From positions 11,499-43,498 of the IMG/VR virus record IMGVR_UViG_3300045988_156141: DNA of 32,000 nucleotides. One strand, given 5' to 3'. The position numbers were made by a program, and so were the translations under genes. The notes below the pieces were generated by a model. The model searched no databases. It worked only from the letters and a program-made list of their open reading frames with translations, and was not told where the DNA came from. Positions within the stretch are counted from its first letter, which is position 1; the number at the start of each line of letters is the position of its first letter. The stretch is from a virus. This document shows positions 1 through 10,363 of this stretch, in pieces.

Positions 1-15
1 AATGAACTAAAGAGC

Positions 16-3000
16 TTGAATAAAAGCTTTATTACAGATAATGAAAATATATTAAAATTATCACATTCATTTGGTGTTGCTAGTCAGAAAGCAAATCAAT
101 TTGCAGAAACTATTAAGCCATTGTCTGCTTTGGCAGCAGCGGCTATTGTCGGAGCGACAAAAACTGCAATTGATTTTGAAGATGCATGGACTGGTGTTAC
201 AAAAACAGTAAATGCAACCCCTCAACAGTTTGAAAAAATCAATGCAGGCTTAAAAGATCTTGCACAAAATACATCGAGTACATATCAAGATATTGCACAT
301 TATGCAGAACTTGCAGGACAAATGGGTATCCCTACAGATTCTATTGTCGGGTTTACTAAGACAATTACGCAATTAGGAGATACTACAAATCTTGTTGGTG
401 AAGAAGCAGCACAAAGTATTGCCAAATTCTCAAACGTAATGGTTTCGCAGTCTAAAAAGACGAACACATATTATTCTCGTTTAGGTTCTACAATCGTAGA
501 CTTGGGAAATAAATTCTCTACAACTGAAGCAGATATCATGGCAATGGCAACACGATTAGGTGTTGCAGGTAAGATGGTAGGCTTTAACTCTAACCAAGTA
601 TTAGGATTATCAACTGCATTATCTTCATTAGGTATTGAAGCAGCTGCTGGTGGTAGTTCTGTTTCTAAAATGTTGAAGACAATTGATCTATCTGTTTCTA
701 CAGGAGATAAGAAACTACAAAAGTTTGCAGAAGTATCTGGCATGACTTCTCAACAATTCCAAAAGGCTTGGGGAGAAGATGCAGCGGGAACATTCTTAAA
801 GTTTGTAGAAGGTATTGGAAAATCGGCGGATGTTACAAAAACATTGGATGAATTAGGTATTAAGGAAGTACGACAAGCACAGTCAATGGGTGCTTTGGCG
901 CAAAGTTCGGATGTATTGGCTAAAGCATTAAATGTTTCTCAAAACGCATGGCAAGCGAATTCAGCCATGGCAACTGAAGCGGAAAAACGATATGGAACAT
1001 TAAAATCTCAACTGTCACAGACATGGGAAGCAGTTAAACAAGCCGGTAATGAACTAGGCCAAGCATTTACACCTACTCTTACATCTATATTGAAGGTTGT
1101 AAAGAAAGCGGCTAATGCGTTCTCTAATTTAGATGACAGTACACAAGAAACAATAGCAAAATTGTTGTTGGTGACTGCGGCTGCATATCCTACTGCAAAA
1201 GCGATCAGCAAGATTTCAGATGGACTGAATTATGGAGTAGGGAAGATGGCGGGGTTCGCTAGAAATACAAAGAGCCTTGTAAAAGCAATCGAAAATACAT
1301 TATCTCCAACAAGCGAATTAACTGGTGCACTTGCAGATGCTGGTACACAAGCTACGGTTACAGGTGGTGCTTTCTCGTCTACAAGTGTGTTATTGTCAGG
1401 CTTAGGCATTGCAGCAGGATTAGCGGTTGCTGAAATTGCTGTATTAGTTCCTATGTTTGAGAAGGTTAAGCAAAAGGAAATTGAAGATTTAAAAGCGAAA
1501 GATGCTTTGTATGAAGCTGATTTAAGAGTTATTGATGGTTTATCAAAATACAATGCTCAAATAGATAAATACACATCTAAAGCAGAAGGATATATTGATA
1601 CATATAAATCAAATGAAAAGGTAGCAAAAAATTTAGTTACTCAGATTGAACAACTAAATGATGTTGAAAATAAATCAGAAACACAAAAAGAATTATTGCG
1701 TGAAAAGGTTGAACAGTTAAATGCTATTTATCCTGATCTTAATCTAACAGTAGATGAAAACAGTGGCAAGGTTGCTGATAATACTGGAAAAGTGTTTGAA
1801 AATGTTGGTGCTTTAGAAGAATATATCGACAAAATTCAGGAAGCTGCTAAACAAGAAGCATATGCTGATGCAATTAAGACAACCACAAAGTCTATTGTTA
1901 CTCAAGAATCCAAATATCAAGAACTAGGTGCAACTTTATACGATTTACGTGGTAAATACGTAGAATTACAACAAAAGCAAAAAGAAGCCATTGCAGATCA
2001 TGACAACGAAAAGATTGCTCAATATACAGATCAATTAGGCATTGTAAAAGGACAAATGGATGAGGTCACTGCTTCATTAGGTAATATGGGTGAAAAGCTT
2101 CTTGAGTCTAATCAAAAATTAGCAGATTATACAAACCAATTAGAAACGGGAGGTTTAAAAGAAATTGGTGATACTTTAAAAAGCCAATTGCAAGAAGTTG
2201 TAGATACGGCCGCAGAAGATGGCTATAAAATTCCTAAGAATTTGACAGACGGAATCATGAACGGAACAGAAAGTTATACAACTGCTCGTGATTTTATAAC
2301 TCAGATGCTTACATTCCAACAATTAACAGAAAATGCTGGCCAAGCTGGTTTAGCGATACCTGCTGCAATTGCAGAAAGTATTGTTGAGAATGCAGGAAGC
2401 GTTAGTGAAGCAAACGCTCAATTGAATAACATGATTGAGTTTAACGAAGCTGTTCAAAAGGCGGGATATGATGGATTACAAGTTTCGCCTAAAGTTGCAG
2501 AAGCAATCGCTAGTAATCAAATATCCGTTTCCGATGCAATGAAAGCTTTGGCAAAAGGCGGAGTTGACGAATTAGAAAAGGAATTAGATAAAGCTAAAGA
2601 TAAAGCTTCAAAAAAATCCAAAGATACTGGAGATAAGATGGGCGATGGAAAATCCAATGCAAAGGCATCTTCTGGTGCTATGGGAAAAACAGGTGGAAGT
2701 GCATTATTGAAAGCTTATGAGCCGTATGCGCAAGCAACTATAGATTATGCAAAAAAAGTTGAAAAAGCTATCCATAACGCAAAAGCAGCCGCCAAAGATC
2801 CTATTGTTATTACAACTATAAAGAAAACTGTACACAAAACTGAAAAACATTCTTTAGATAATTTATCTCGACCTGTTGTTGATTCTGATGTTGCACCTAT
2901 GAGTGCTGATTCTATTGCAGCGTTGGCTGATACAAGCGCATATGCAGCAGCTAGTGATGCTACTACATCTATTATGGGTGGTACAGTATCGCGCTCTAAT

Positions 3001-3201
3001 TCTACGGCATACAATTTAAACTTGGATGGTATTTACAAAAGAATGGACAATTTAACGAGTGCTTTAAATGCAATATTGGATAGCAATATCACAATCAATC
3101 TACAACCTATGCAATTGGATGGAAATGTTGTTACAGATACTGTACAAGAAATTATATCAATTCGAGATATGTTGAAATCATGGGGGAATGGAGGTTCATA
3201 G
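16..3201 (+). CDS. tail tape measure protein (5' end may extend beyond window start)
   Basis: 1061-aa ORF with no in-frame stop in nt 1-15. It has Ala/Gly-rich hydrophobic segments, a long central coiled-coil (residues ~500-760) and a K-rich region. It lies directly upstream of Dit- and Tal-like genes. Confidence 0.9.
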   Translation: MNKSFITDNENILKLSHSFGVASQKANQFAETIKPLSALAAAAIVGATKTAIDFEDAWTGVTKTVNATPQQFEKINAGLKDLAQNTSSTYQDIAHYAELAGQMGIPTDSIVGFTKTITQLGDTTNLVGEEAAQSIAKFSNVMVSQSKKTNTYYSRLGSTIVDLGNKFSTTEADIMAMATRLGVAGKMVGFNSNQVLGLSTALSSLGIEAAAGGSSVSKMLKTIDLSVSTGDKKLQKFAEVSGMTSQQFQKAWGEDAAGTFLKFVEGIGKSADVTKTLDELGIKEVRQAQSMGALAQSSDVLAKALNVSQNAWQANSAMATEAEKRYGTLKSQLSQTWEAVKQAGNELGQAFTPTLTSILKVVKKAANAFSNLDDSTQETIAKLLLVTAAAYPTAKAISKISDGLNYGVGKMAGFARNTKSLVKAIENTLSPTSELTGALADAGTQATVTGGAFSSTSVLLSGLGIAAGLAVAEIAVLVPMFEKVKQKEIEDLKAKDALYEADLRVIDGLSKYNAQIDKYTSKAEGYIDTYKSNEKVAKNLVTQIEQLNDVENKSETQKELLREKVEQLNAIYPDLNLTVDENSGKVADNTGKVFENVGALEEYIDKIQEAAKQEAYADAIKTTTKSIVTQESKYQELGATLYDLRGKYVELQQKQKEAIADHDNEKIAQYTDQLGIVKGQMDEVTASLGNMGEKLLESNQKLADYTNQLETGGLKEIGDTLKSQLQEVVDTAAEDGYKIPKNLTDGIMNGTESYTTARDFITQMLTFQQLTENAGQAGLAIPAAIAESIVENAGSVSEANAQLNNMIEFNEAVQKAGYDGLQVSPKVAEAIASNQISVSDAMKALAKGGVDELEKELDKAKDKASKKSKDTGDKMGDGKSNAKASSGAMGKTGGSALLKAYEPYAQATIDYAKKVEKAIHNAKAAAKDPIVITTIKKTVHKTEKHSLDNLSRPVVDSDVAPMSADSIAALADTSAYAAASDATTSIMGGTVSRSNSTAYNLNLDGIYKRMDNLTSALNAILDSNITINLQPMQLDGNVVTDTVQEIISIRDMLKSWGNGGS

Positions 3202-3202
3202 A

Positions 3203-3985
3203 ATGTATCATTTTAGATTTACACCTGAAAATAAACTGCGTTATACGCAAAATATTATGTATTTATTAAAGGTAAGTGAGCGTCCTGTTATTCCTATGGC
3301 AGAGGAAATTGTAGAAACATCTACACTTGGTGACGGTACTACATCGTATCGTCATACAGGTGTATATCAAGATCGAAAAATTCCTATTAAATGCAACTTT
3401 GTTTTAAATAGCAAGAAAGAATATCTAGATCGTATCTATAAAATCCAACAATATTTCAATGGAAATAAAGGAATATTGGAGTTAACTAGTGATGATAGAG
3501 AACATTATTGGAAGGTAAAAAATGTAACGTTTGATATGGATTCTAGAGATTTTGGACGAGGAAGCGAATTTACAATCACATTTATTTGTGAACCTTACAG
3601 ATACGTAAATAAGTATTCAAGACCTTACGATATTGTAAGTGGAAAAAAGGTAGAACTTGCGAATTATTATGAAACAGCATATCCAATCTATCGTTTATAT
3701 AACACTTCCATGAACGCAAAAAACATTACGATCAATTGTAATGGAAATGATTTTACGATCACAAATCCTTTCAATGGTACATCGGATATTTCGTATGTTG
3801 AAATCAATACAGAGAATTCTTATATGAAAACATTCTATAAAAATGGAACGTATAAATATGACACATTGAAAACAAGTGGGTCGTTTGATGGGCTTAAGTT
3901 TAATTATGGTTCAAATAATGTATTGATCACAACAGATATTGGTGCTATTCGTGCAGAAATTATACGTAATTATAGGGAGAAATAA
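3203..3985 (+). CDS. distal tail protein (Dit-like)
   Basis: ATG at 3203 lies 8 nt after GGAGG (3190-3194). Position immediately after the TMP stop and a ~260-aa size are typical of siphophage Dit. Confidence 0.7.
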   Translation: MYHFRFTPENKLRYTQNIMYLLKVSERPVIPMAEEIVETSTLGDGTTSYRHTGVYQDRKIPIKCNFVLNSKKEYLDRIYKIQQYFNGNKGILELTSDDREHYWKVKNVTFDMDSRDFGRGSEFTITFICEPYRYVNKYSRPYDIVSGKKVELANYYETAYPIYRLYNTSMNAKNITINCNGNDFTITNPFNGTSDISYVEINTENSYMKTFYKNGTYKYDTLKTSGSFDGLKFNYGSNNVLITTDIGAIRAEIIRNYREK

Positions 3986-3987
3986 AG

Positions 3988-5577
3988 ATGATTCATTTAT
4001 TCTTTTCTAGAAAAAAAACAACATATGCACAAATGAAAGAACGTAATGGAGATGTGATTTTAAAACATTGTGTTAGTGCAAAAGCAGTGTTTGAAAGAAA
4101 TTCTATTTGGTACGTAGAAATAGAATTTCCAAAAAGTGATTTGATGGGTATGGAAATCAGTGATGAATCCGTGTTTAAAGTGGATATAAATTTTGAAGAA
4201 CCACAGTTATATAGAATTGTGTATCCAAAATACAACAAACAAAGCGATACATATACATGCTATGCAACACATGTGTTCTTTGATTCTCAAAAAGAAGTGT
4301 TTGTGTTTGATGATCGTACTATGAGTGGTGTGTGGAAAGATGCGATAAATACCGCAAATGATATTATTACAAATTCACGGCCAAATTATCCTTATAAAAT
4401 TTATGGACATGGGGAATATGCAAATTATGCAAATGTTAATGCAGAGAATGAAAAAATCGTTTATTTCCGAAATGTTCAGAATAGTGGGTATTGTTTGGAT
4501 GTTCCAAATGCAAGTGAAGATGCATCTATACAATTACAGATGTATCAAAGAAACAGAACGTCTGCACAGACTTTCATGTTGAAAAAAGTAGGGTCAGACA
4601 AATATGGAGATATATATGGAATTTTATCTTTATGTTCGTGTAGATGGCTTAAATTGGATTCAGGAAAGGTTGTGCTAGGAAGTCTTTCCGAAAGCCCATC
4701 AGATAATTCTGAGAAATGGTGGTTCATTAATAGTGGATCTAATTATGAAATTGCACCGTATATGAACATATATTATGGCATCTATCCTAGTTCAACGAGT
4801 ATTGGCAACGGAAACAAAGTTATTGTTGCTGATAGAGGTGCTGCCGAAGTTGGAAATGCGTGTAAATGGATGATTGAAGATATGGATTCTACACAAACTG
4901 CATATTGGGTTCGATATAATCTGATTCAATGTTTGTTTGGGACAGAAGAAAATTCTATGATGAATAGATGGCCTGAATGTGAAAGGGATAGATTTGTTGC
5001 GATGTTCAACAATTATGATTGCTACTTTGGAAATCCAGATTATTATACTTCCAATTTGAAACCAAATAACTACTTTATAAGTAATAAAGAAGTTTCTGAA
5101 TACACAAAAAAGAAGTCGATGGAAAATGTTGTAACAGGAATAATTCCAAAAGCATACAACGGTCGAATTCTACCAAACAACGAAATTGTTAAGGCTAGCA
5201 ATTGGAATACAGATGAGATCCATAGAATTGATGTGAAAGAATATTCCGATATCAAATTGATTGCGGATGATTCACAAGCAAAGAAAACAACGTTGGGTGT
5301 ATTTACAAATGAAGCAAACTTAAGAAATTATCTTAGAATACAGGCAAAAAAATCTCTGGAGAAAGAACTGCAAGAACCGAAAACGGAAACGTCTATTAAA
5401 TTTGAAGAATTATTTACGTACAATGTGCCGAATGCACAGACGTTAAAAATAAATGATTCAATTTTTGTAGAGACTGATTTTGGAAAACGAGAAAGGTTTT
5501 ATTTAAATAAATTAACCTATAACTTGATTACGGAACGTCCTGAAGATTTAGATCTTGTATTAGAAAGTGAGGTATAA
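3988..5577 (+). CDS. tail-associated (Tal-like) minor structural protein with inserted ricin-type beta-trefoil lectin domain
   Basis: Third gene of the TMP-Dit-Tal order. Residues ~155-298 show three repeats with ricin-B-like signatures (NSGYCLDV...AQTFML, ...SEKWWFI, ...ACKWMIE). Confidence 0.65.
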   Translation: MIHLFFSRKKTTYAQMKERNGDVILKHCVSAKAVFERNSIWYVEIEFPKSDLMGMEISDESVFKVDINFEEPQLYRIVYPKYNKQSDTYTCYATHVFFDSQKEVFVFDDRTMSGVWKDAINTANDIITNSRPNYPYKIYGHGEYANYANVNAENEKIVYFRNVQNSGYCLDVPNASEDASIQLQMYQRNRTSAQTFMLKKVGSDKYGDIYGILSLCSCRWLKLDSGKVVLGSLSESPSDNSEKWWFINSGSNYEIAPYMNIYYGIYPSSTSIGNGNKVIVADRGAAEVGNACKWMIEDMDSTQTAYWVRYNLIQCLFGTEENSMMNRWPECERDRFVAMFNNYDCYFGNPDYYTSNLKPNNYFISNKEVSEYTKKKSMENVVTGIIPKAYNGRILPNNEIVKASNWNTDEIHRIDVKEYSDIKLIADDSQAKKTTLGVFTNEANLRNYLRIQAKKSLEKELQEPKTETSIKFEELFTYNVPNAQTLKINDSIFVETDFGKRERFYLNKLTYNLITERPEDLDLVLESEV

Positions 5578-5578
5578 C

Positions 5579-6175
5579 ATGGCAATTGTGTATAGTGATT
5601 TAACAGTTAGTTTAACAAAGCCAAATGACAACTTGATTGTTGAAATGGTAAGAGCTGATTCAGGACGAGGGTTAAGAATTTTTGTCAGTGATGATGTGAT
5701 TACTAGTAATAGTTCAAATGTTGATGATTCTTTGCATGCGATTTTATGGACTAAAAAGCCGAGTGGATTAATGGTTAGCATTGGTTCTACATCTGTATCA
5801 AGGTTTGAAAACTCAAATGCATACGAAATTGAGTTTTCAGATACAGAAGCTTTCCAAAATATCTTAGCAGAATTAGGAATTTGTGAATGCCAGGTAACAT
5901 TAGAATCTAGTGGAACATTTGTCACAACTTTTAATTTTAAGATTAAGGTTGTTGATAATCTTGCAGCGCAGGAATCGTTAGAATCGACTGAAGAATACAA
6001 ATCTATGATGGAATTGGTTGCGAAAGTAAATGCATATAAAAATGAATTAGAGAATTATGTGGCGCAATTTAAAAATCAACTGAAATTAACAGTTAATGTT
6101 AGATATGGTACTTCAGATCCTGTTGTACAAGATGGTGATAAAGCTGGAGATATCTATATCAAATATGAGGAGTAG
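5579..6175 (+). CDS. baseplate protein with BppU-N-like Ig domain and C-terminal coiled-coil
   Basis: ATG at 5579 follows GAGGT. The N-terminus (SDLTVSLTKPNDNLIVEMVRADSGRGLRIFV...) resembles the N-terminal domain of lactococcal phage BppU. The C-terminus looks like a trimerising coil. Confidence 0.55.
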   Translation: MAIVYSDLTVSLTKPNDNLIVEMVRADSGRGLRIFVSDDVITSNSSNVDDSLHAILWTKKPSGLMVSIGSTSVSRFENSNAYEIEFSDTEAFQNILAELGICECQVTLESSGTFVTTFNFKIKVVDNLAAQESLESTEEYKSMMELVAKVNAYKNELENYVAQFKNQLKLTVNVRYGTSDPVVQDGDKAGDIYIKYEE

Positions 6176-6178
6176 CGT

Positions 6179-7225
6179 ATGACTGTTTTAGCAACATTAC
6201 CATATAATCAGTATTTAATACTTACGTTTGAATCTTACAATGAGCGATATGAAGGTTCATATCCAAATTTAAAATTTAAAGCGGATGTAAGGTTTAGATA
6301 TACCGGAAACTTCAAAATCCAAGCAACCAATGTTGTTACGCTTGGAGGACTTTCTAAAACTATTTCAAGGTGGGATTTAAATTATATCCAGGATTCAGGA
6401 TGGTATTATCTAGGACAAATTAATGAACCTATGTATTGCAATAGGCAACGGTCTTTTGAATGGGGTGCGAGTTGTCAAGGATGGCCTAATTTATCAGGAA
6501 TAGCAAGATTGACTACACCTAAGATTGATTTGCCAACGTATGAAGCAGAAATATCAGATATTAATAGTACCTCAATTTCTATTTATGGAAGGCTAAAAAC
6601 AAATCCTTATAATTTGTATACTTTGCGTATTTATTCAATGGCAACGCAAAAATTTATTTTGGATAGATTAAACGGAACACATATTGTAAGCGAATTGAAA
6701 GGTTCGACAAGTTATGAATTTCATATCGAACCGTTTATGGCCGACTGTTCGGGATCGTATTTACTTCAAACAGTATTAAAAGCAACAACGTTAGAAGATT
6801 ATAAAAAGATATCTGTAACGAGTGTAGATGTAACTATATCTCATATTGATGATAAGTATGATAAAGCAGTGTGTGTTGCACATACAACGGATGATGCACA
6901 TGTTACAAAGAGTCATTGGGATTATGATGGTATGGGAAGTAATTTAACTTCAGATAATCTTACAAAGGAATTTAAAGTGTCGAATGGGAATGAGTATAGA
7001 ATGCTTGTTTATGTAACAGATACTTTAGGAAGAACAAGCAATTATTATTACTTTTATATTATTGCATCTGCATCTTATAGAGAAGTATGGGTCTTTGATG
7101 GAAATAATTGGAAAAAAGGAAAATCACTTGTTTTGAGTAGTGATGGAAAAACATTTGAGAAATGTAGGCTTTATTGTGATACAGGATTGAAATGGAAAGG
7201 TGCAAAAAGATATGGAGAGGATTAA
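6179..7225 (+). CDS. tail/baseplate structural protein, function unknown
   Basis: 348-aa ORF tightly packed in the tail module with GAGGAG upstream. The beta-rich sequence has an FN3-like stretch. No specific family recognised. Confidence 0.6.
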   Translation: MTVLATLPYNQYLILTFESYNERYEGSYPNLKFKADVRFRYTGNFKIQATNVVTLGGLSKTISRWDLNYIQDSGWYYLGQINEPMYCNRQRSFEWGASCQGWPNLSGIARLTTPKIDLPTYEAEISDINSTSISIYGRLKTNPYNLYTLRIYSMATQKFILDRLNGTHIVSELKGSTSYEFHIEPFMADCSGSYLLQTVLKATTLEDYKKISVTSVDVTISHIDDKYDKAVCVAHTTDDAHVTKSHWDYDGMGSNLTSDNLTKEFKVSNGNEYRMLVYVTDTLGRTSNYYYFYIIASASYREVWVFDGNNWKKGKSLVLSSDGKTFEKCRLYCDTGLKWKGAKRYGED

Positions 7226-7227
7226 AA

Positions 7228-7521
7228 ATGGAAATTAAAAGAGATCATATTTTCATAAATCAAGGAGATACCATCTATACAGATATTTTAATTAAGTATA
7301 AGAATGGGCAAGTATTTGTTCCTGGTAAGGATGATTCTTTAGAGTTCATTATTTATAAAGATGGCAAAGAACTTATTAAAATTCCTATTGATGAATCTTT
7401 GAAGGTGATTTGCCAAACGGATGAACTTTCTGTTGGTGTTTATAATTGGATGGTTCGTATTGATGTTAATGGGATTAAAGAAACACCGTTAAAAGGAATT
7501 CTTCAAGTGAAAGGAGACTAG
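7228..7521 (+). CDS. small tail-module protein, unknown function
   Basis: ATG at 7228 follows GGAGAGG. It sits between two structural genes and is translationally coupled to the next ORF. Confidence 0.6.
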   Translation: MEIKRDHIFINQGDTIYTDILIKYKNGQVFVPGKDDSLEFIIYKDGKELIKIPIDESLKVICQTDELSVGVYNWMVRIDVNGIKETPLKGILQVKGD

Positions 7522-7523
7522 AA

Positions 7524-10022
7524 ATGGACGGATTGAAAGCAAGACTAAGCTTTGATGCGGTTGCTTATGATTATGATGATGAATATCTTACAATTGATAC
7601 AGATACACATACTATTAATATTAATAATGTATCTAGATTGTTCGGAGTGCAATATGATGGAAATTCTAAACTGATTAAATTTAGAATCAGAAACAAGTTA
7701 TCTGATATTCAAAAAATGCAAGATTCAATTGTTTATATAAATTGGATTGATTCTAAGGGAGTTAAGGGTCAGTCAATTGCGATTAACAAAACAATTAATA
7801 ATGATACTTGTGAATTTGCATGGAAAGTACCATTTGATGCCTTGAAAAATTCAGGAGTATTACATTTTGCGATGAGCGCAGTTATGACTAAAAATAGTTC
7901 AAGTGTAATTGATCAAAGATGGTCTACAAAAATTGCATCTGTAATTACACCTGATGGAATTTATATTAAATCTTATACTCCTAGTAGCGAAGAAGAAGAT
8001 AGAATTGCACAAATCTATAACGAATTATCAAAGATGATAAATAAGCAAAATAATAATTTGCAATCACAAGTTAGTTCCCTAAAGGAAGATATAACAAAAT
8101 TTATTAATAAGCCTACTTTGGAAGATAATAATAAATTCCCAAGAGCACTTAACGGAGATGTTGAGTGGGTTGAGCAAGGATTGCCAACAGATGAGCAAAC
8201 ATCTAGTGCAATTAATAAATGGCTAGATGCACACCCAGAAGCTACTACAACGGTTCAAGATGGTAGTATTGGATATGAAAAATTTAGTGAAAGTTTTAAA
8301 AAGCAGATAATTAGTGTTATTCCTGAAAAAACTGGTGATATTACAGAATTAATTAACAATACACTTAAAAGTAATATGCATTTACGTATATACAATTCGG
8401 ATGTACAAATTTCAAAAGGCCTTTCATTTAAAGGCTTGGAAAATGTAACTTTGGAATTTGTTGACTCTAAAGTGACATATTTATATGATCACAATGATCT
8501 AATAAACGATCAATTTGCTATTTTGATGGAAAATTGTAAAAATGTATTAATTACTGGTTTAGAACTAACAACAGATTTTTCTAAAGAAAACGATGAATCT
8601 TTAGATTTATCACCGCTTGCTGGTAAAAAAATTTACGCAATAAATTTTACTTTTGTTGAGAATGGAATGATTGCAAATACTAAAATTTCACAATTTACAG
8701 ATGGATTAAGTATAAATTATAGTAAAGATATTTATTCTTTTAGAAATACTTTTTTCAACCTAGGCGAAGAGCCGGTGGCATTTAGAAATTGTAGTAGATG
8801 TAAAATGACAGATTGCGAAGCCTACTGGTATTGTGGTGATGGCGCACTTGTTAAACACTGGGATTCATATGAGCTTTCTGGGTTTATTTTTTCAAACAAC
8901 TATTTTCATGATGGAAAAGATTACAAAACAGGTGACGGGCGTGTAATATGTGGTGGTGGTTTCACAACAAATGTAGAAGGAAATGCAACTGTTAAAAGAG
9001 ACCCAGAGTATATAATTGTTAAAAATAATATATTTGTTGATGTTGAGTATGGTGTATTATTAGCTGGCGGTAGTCATATTATTGTAGATGGTAATTTAGT
9101 TAAACCAAAGCAAAAATCAGATGGAAACTATTATACATATGCAGCACTTGGACTTGACTATTCAAGCTATAATTTACCAGACACACAACTTTATACAGAT
9201 ATTAAATTTATAAACAATACAGTCGAACAAGCTAGTAGAGGAATTTATATTTCAAAACATAGTGATGAGAGCGTTGTAATAACGCATGAAGATATTTTGA
9301 TTTCTGGCAATATTATTAAAAATTGTAACAATGAAGCAATTGAAACTAATGACTCGCTGGTTTATGGCAACATTTTTAAAAACGTTAAACTGATTATTCT
9401 TTACAATACCACATTTATAGCCAATAAAGTTGTTGGTTCATCATCATTACCTCAGTACAGTAGATTTCAGGCTAATGATAGTAATCTTATCTGTAATATT
9501 ATGGATATGAATGGATTATATTTAGATGTAAGAAACACAAAAGATGTTTCAATTTCATATAATACTATTAATACAATGAATTCTATTCGGGTTGACTGGA
9601 CTTCTGGATATGTATATTTTACAAATAACATTTATTCATCTACTCCAGCACTAAGATTATTAAACAATTCACAAGATTACATTGTTATAAATGGAGAACC
9701 GTACAAAGCTAAATTAATAGGTGGTGAGTATTACTCATATACAAAACGTTATGGAATTGTTGAACTAGATTTTATTTCTTCAACTAACGTACCCCTAACA
9801 AAAAGCGGTAAAACATTAGGAACACTACCAGAAGGTTACAGACCAATTACAATATCACGTCATATTTTATACACGAACCCATCAAGTGGTGCTATTGGTG
9901 TAATTGTCAGAATAGAAATTCACCCAAGCGGTGAAGTTATAGCAATTGCTCAAGAAAATGTTAGTGGTGCTCCAATTCGAGGAAGTCTAACATTTTTAGC
10001 TGAACAAAATTCTCTAAATTAG
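7524..10022 (+). CDS. receptor-binding tail spike/fibre with BppU-family N-domain and right-handed parallel beta-helix (pectate-lyase-like) domain
   Basis: 832 aa. The N-terminus (LFGVQYDGNSKLIKFRIRN...GVLHFAMSA) is typical of Firmicute phage baseplate/fibre anchors, followed by a coiled-coil. Residues ~330-640 carry repeated N-x-x-(I/V)-x-N / GN-(I/L) rungs (e.g. ISGNIIKNCNNEAIE, VYGNIFKN). Confidence 0.7.
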   Translation: MDGLKARLSFDAVAYDYDDEYLTIDTDTHTININNVSRLFGVQYDGNSKLIKFRIRNKLSDIQKMQDSIVYINWIDSKGVKGQSIAINKTINNDTCEFAWKVPFDALKNSGVLHFAMSAVMTKNSSSVIDQRWSTKIASVITPDGIYIKSYTPSSEEEDRIAQIYNELSKMINKQNNNLQSQVSSLKEDITKFINKPTLEDNNKFPRALNGDVEWVEQGLPTDEQTSSAINKWLDAHPEATTTVQDGSIGYEKFSESFKKQIISVIPEKTGDITELINNTLKSNMHLRIYNSDVQISKGLSFKGLENVTLEFVDSKVTYLYDHNDLINDQFAILMENCKNVLITGLELTTDFSKENDESLDLSPLAGKKIYAINFTFVENGMIANTKISQFTDGLSINYSKDIYSFRNTFFNLGEEPVAFRNCSRCKMTDCEAYWYCGDGALVKHWDSYELSGFIFSNNYFHDGKDYKTGDGRVICGGGFTTNVEGNATVKRDPEYIIVKNNIFVDVEYGVLLAGGSHIIVDGNLVKPKQKSDGNYYTYAALGLDYSSYNLPDTQLYTDIKFINNTVEQASRGIYISKHSDESVVITHEDILISGNIIKNCNNEAIETNDSLVYGNIFKNVKLIILYNTTFIANKVVGSSSLPQYSRFQANDSNLICNIMDMNGLYLDVRNTKDVSISYNTINTMNSIRVDWTSGYVYFTNNIYSSTPALRLLNNSQDYIVINGEPYKAKLIGGEYYSYTKRYGIVELDFISSTNVPLTKSGKTLGTLPEGYRPITISRHILYTNPSSGAIGVIVRIEIHPSGEVIAIAQENVSGAPIRGSLTFLAEQNSLN

Positions 10023-10069
10023 TAAATTGTTGCATTTAAATAGAATGAAAACTTGAAAGGAAAACGAAT

Positions 10070-10363
10070 ATGAGTGGTGAATATCTTAGCGTTATTATTT
10101 CTGCATGCATGCTTGTAATTGCATTTATTACGTATAATCGTGGTACACGCAAGATGGATGGAGAACAAATATCCAATATGGCATTTTTGAAGAATGAATT
10201 GGAACATATCAAATCGGATTTAAATGATATAAAGGATTCGATTTCGGAAATTAAAAAAGGAAGCAATTCAATGGAAGTGGAGGTTTCAGAAATAAAACAA
10301 CAAATAATTACTTTGTTTAATCGTGTAAAAGCGTTGGAGGATCGTAATAAAAATGGATATTAA
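10070..10363 (+). CDS. membrane-anchored coiled-coil protein (N-terminal TM)
   Basis: 97 aa. TM segment LSVIISACMLVIAFITY is followed by heptad-like coil. RBS is AAAGGA. Confidence 0.6.
   Translation: MSGEYLSVIISACMLVIAFITYNRGTRKMDGEQISNMAFLKNELEHIKSDLNDIKDSISEIKKGSNSMEVEVSEIKQQIITLFNRVKALEDRNKNGY

Noticed and set aside
471-3014. Minus-strand ORFs inside the tape measure gene (471-743, 1008-1211, 1230-1553, 2745-3014).
   Set aside because: They are fully antisense to a long, clearly coding ORF. They have no RBS and a low-complexity composition typical of shadow frames.
5560-6000. 146-aa minus-strand ORF antisense to the BppU-like gene. Similar antisense ORFs occur at 3993-4238, 4545-4727 and 5070-5255, and a + strand alternative-frame ORF at 4358-4582.
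   Set aside because: These are shadow or alternative-frame ORFs within tightly packed structural genes, with no ribosome-binding sites.
7524-10022. Diversity-generating retroelement targeting the receptor-binding protein.
   Set aside because: There is no reverse transcriptase ORF anywhere in the window, and I could find no template/variable repeat pair near the 3' end of the RBP gene.
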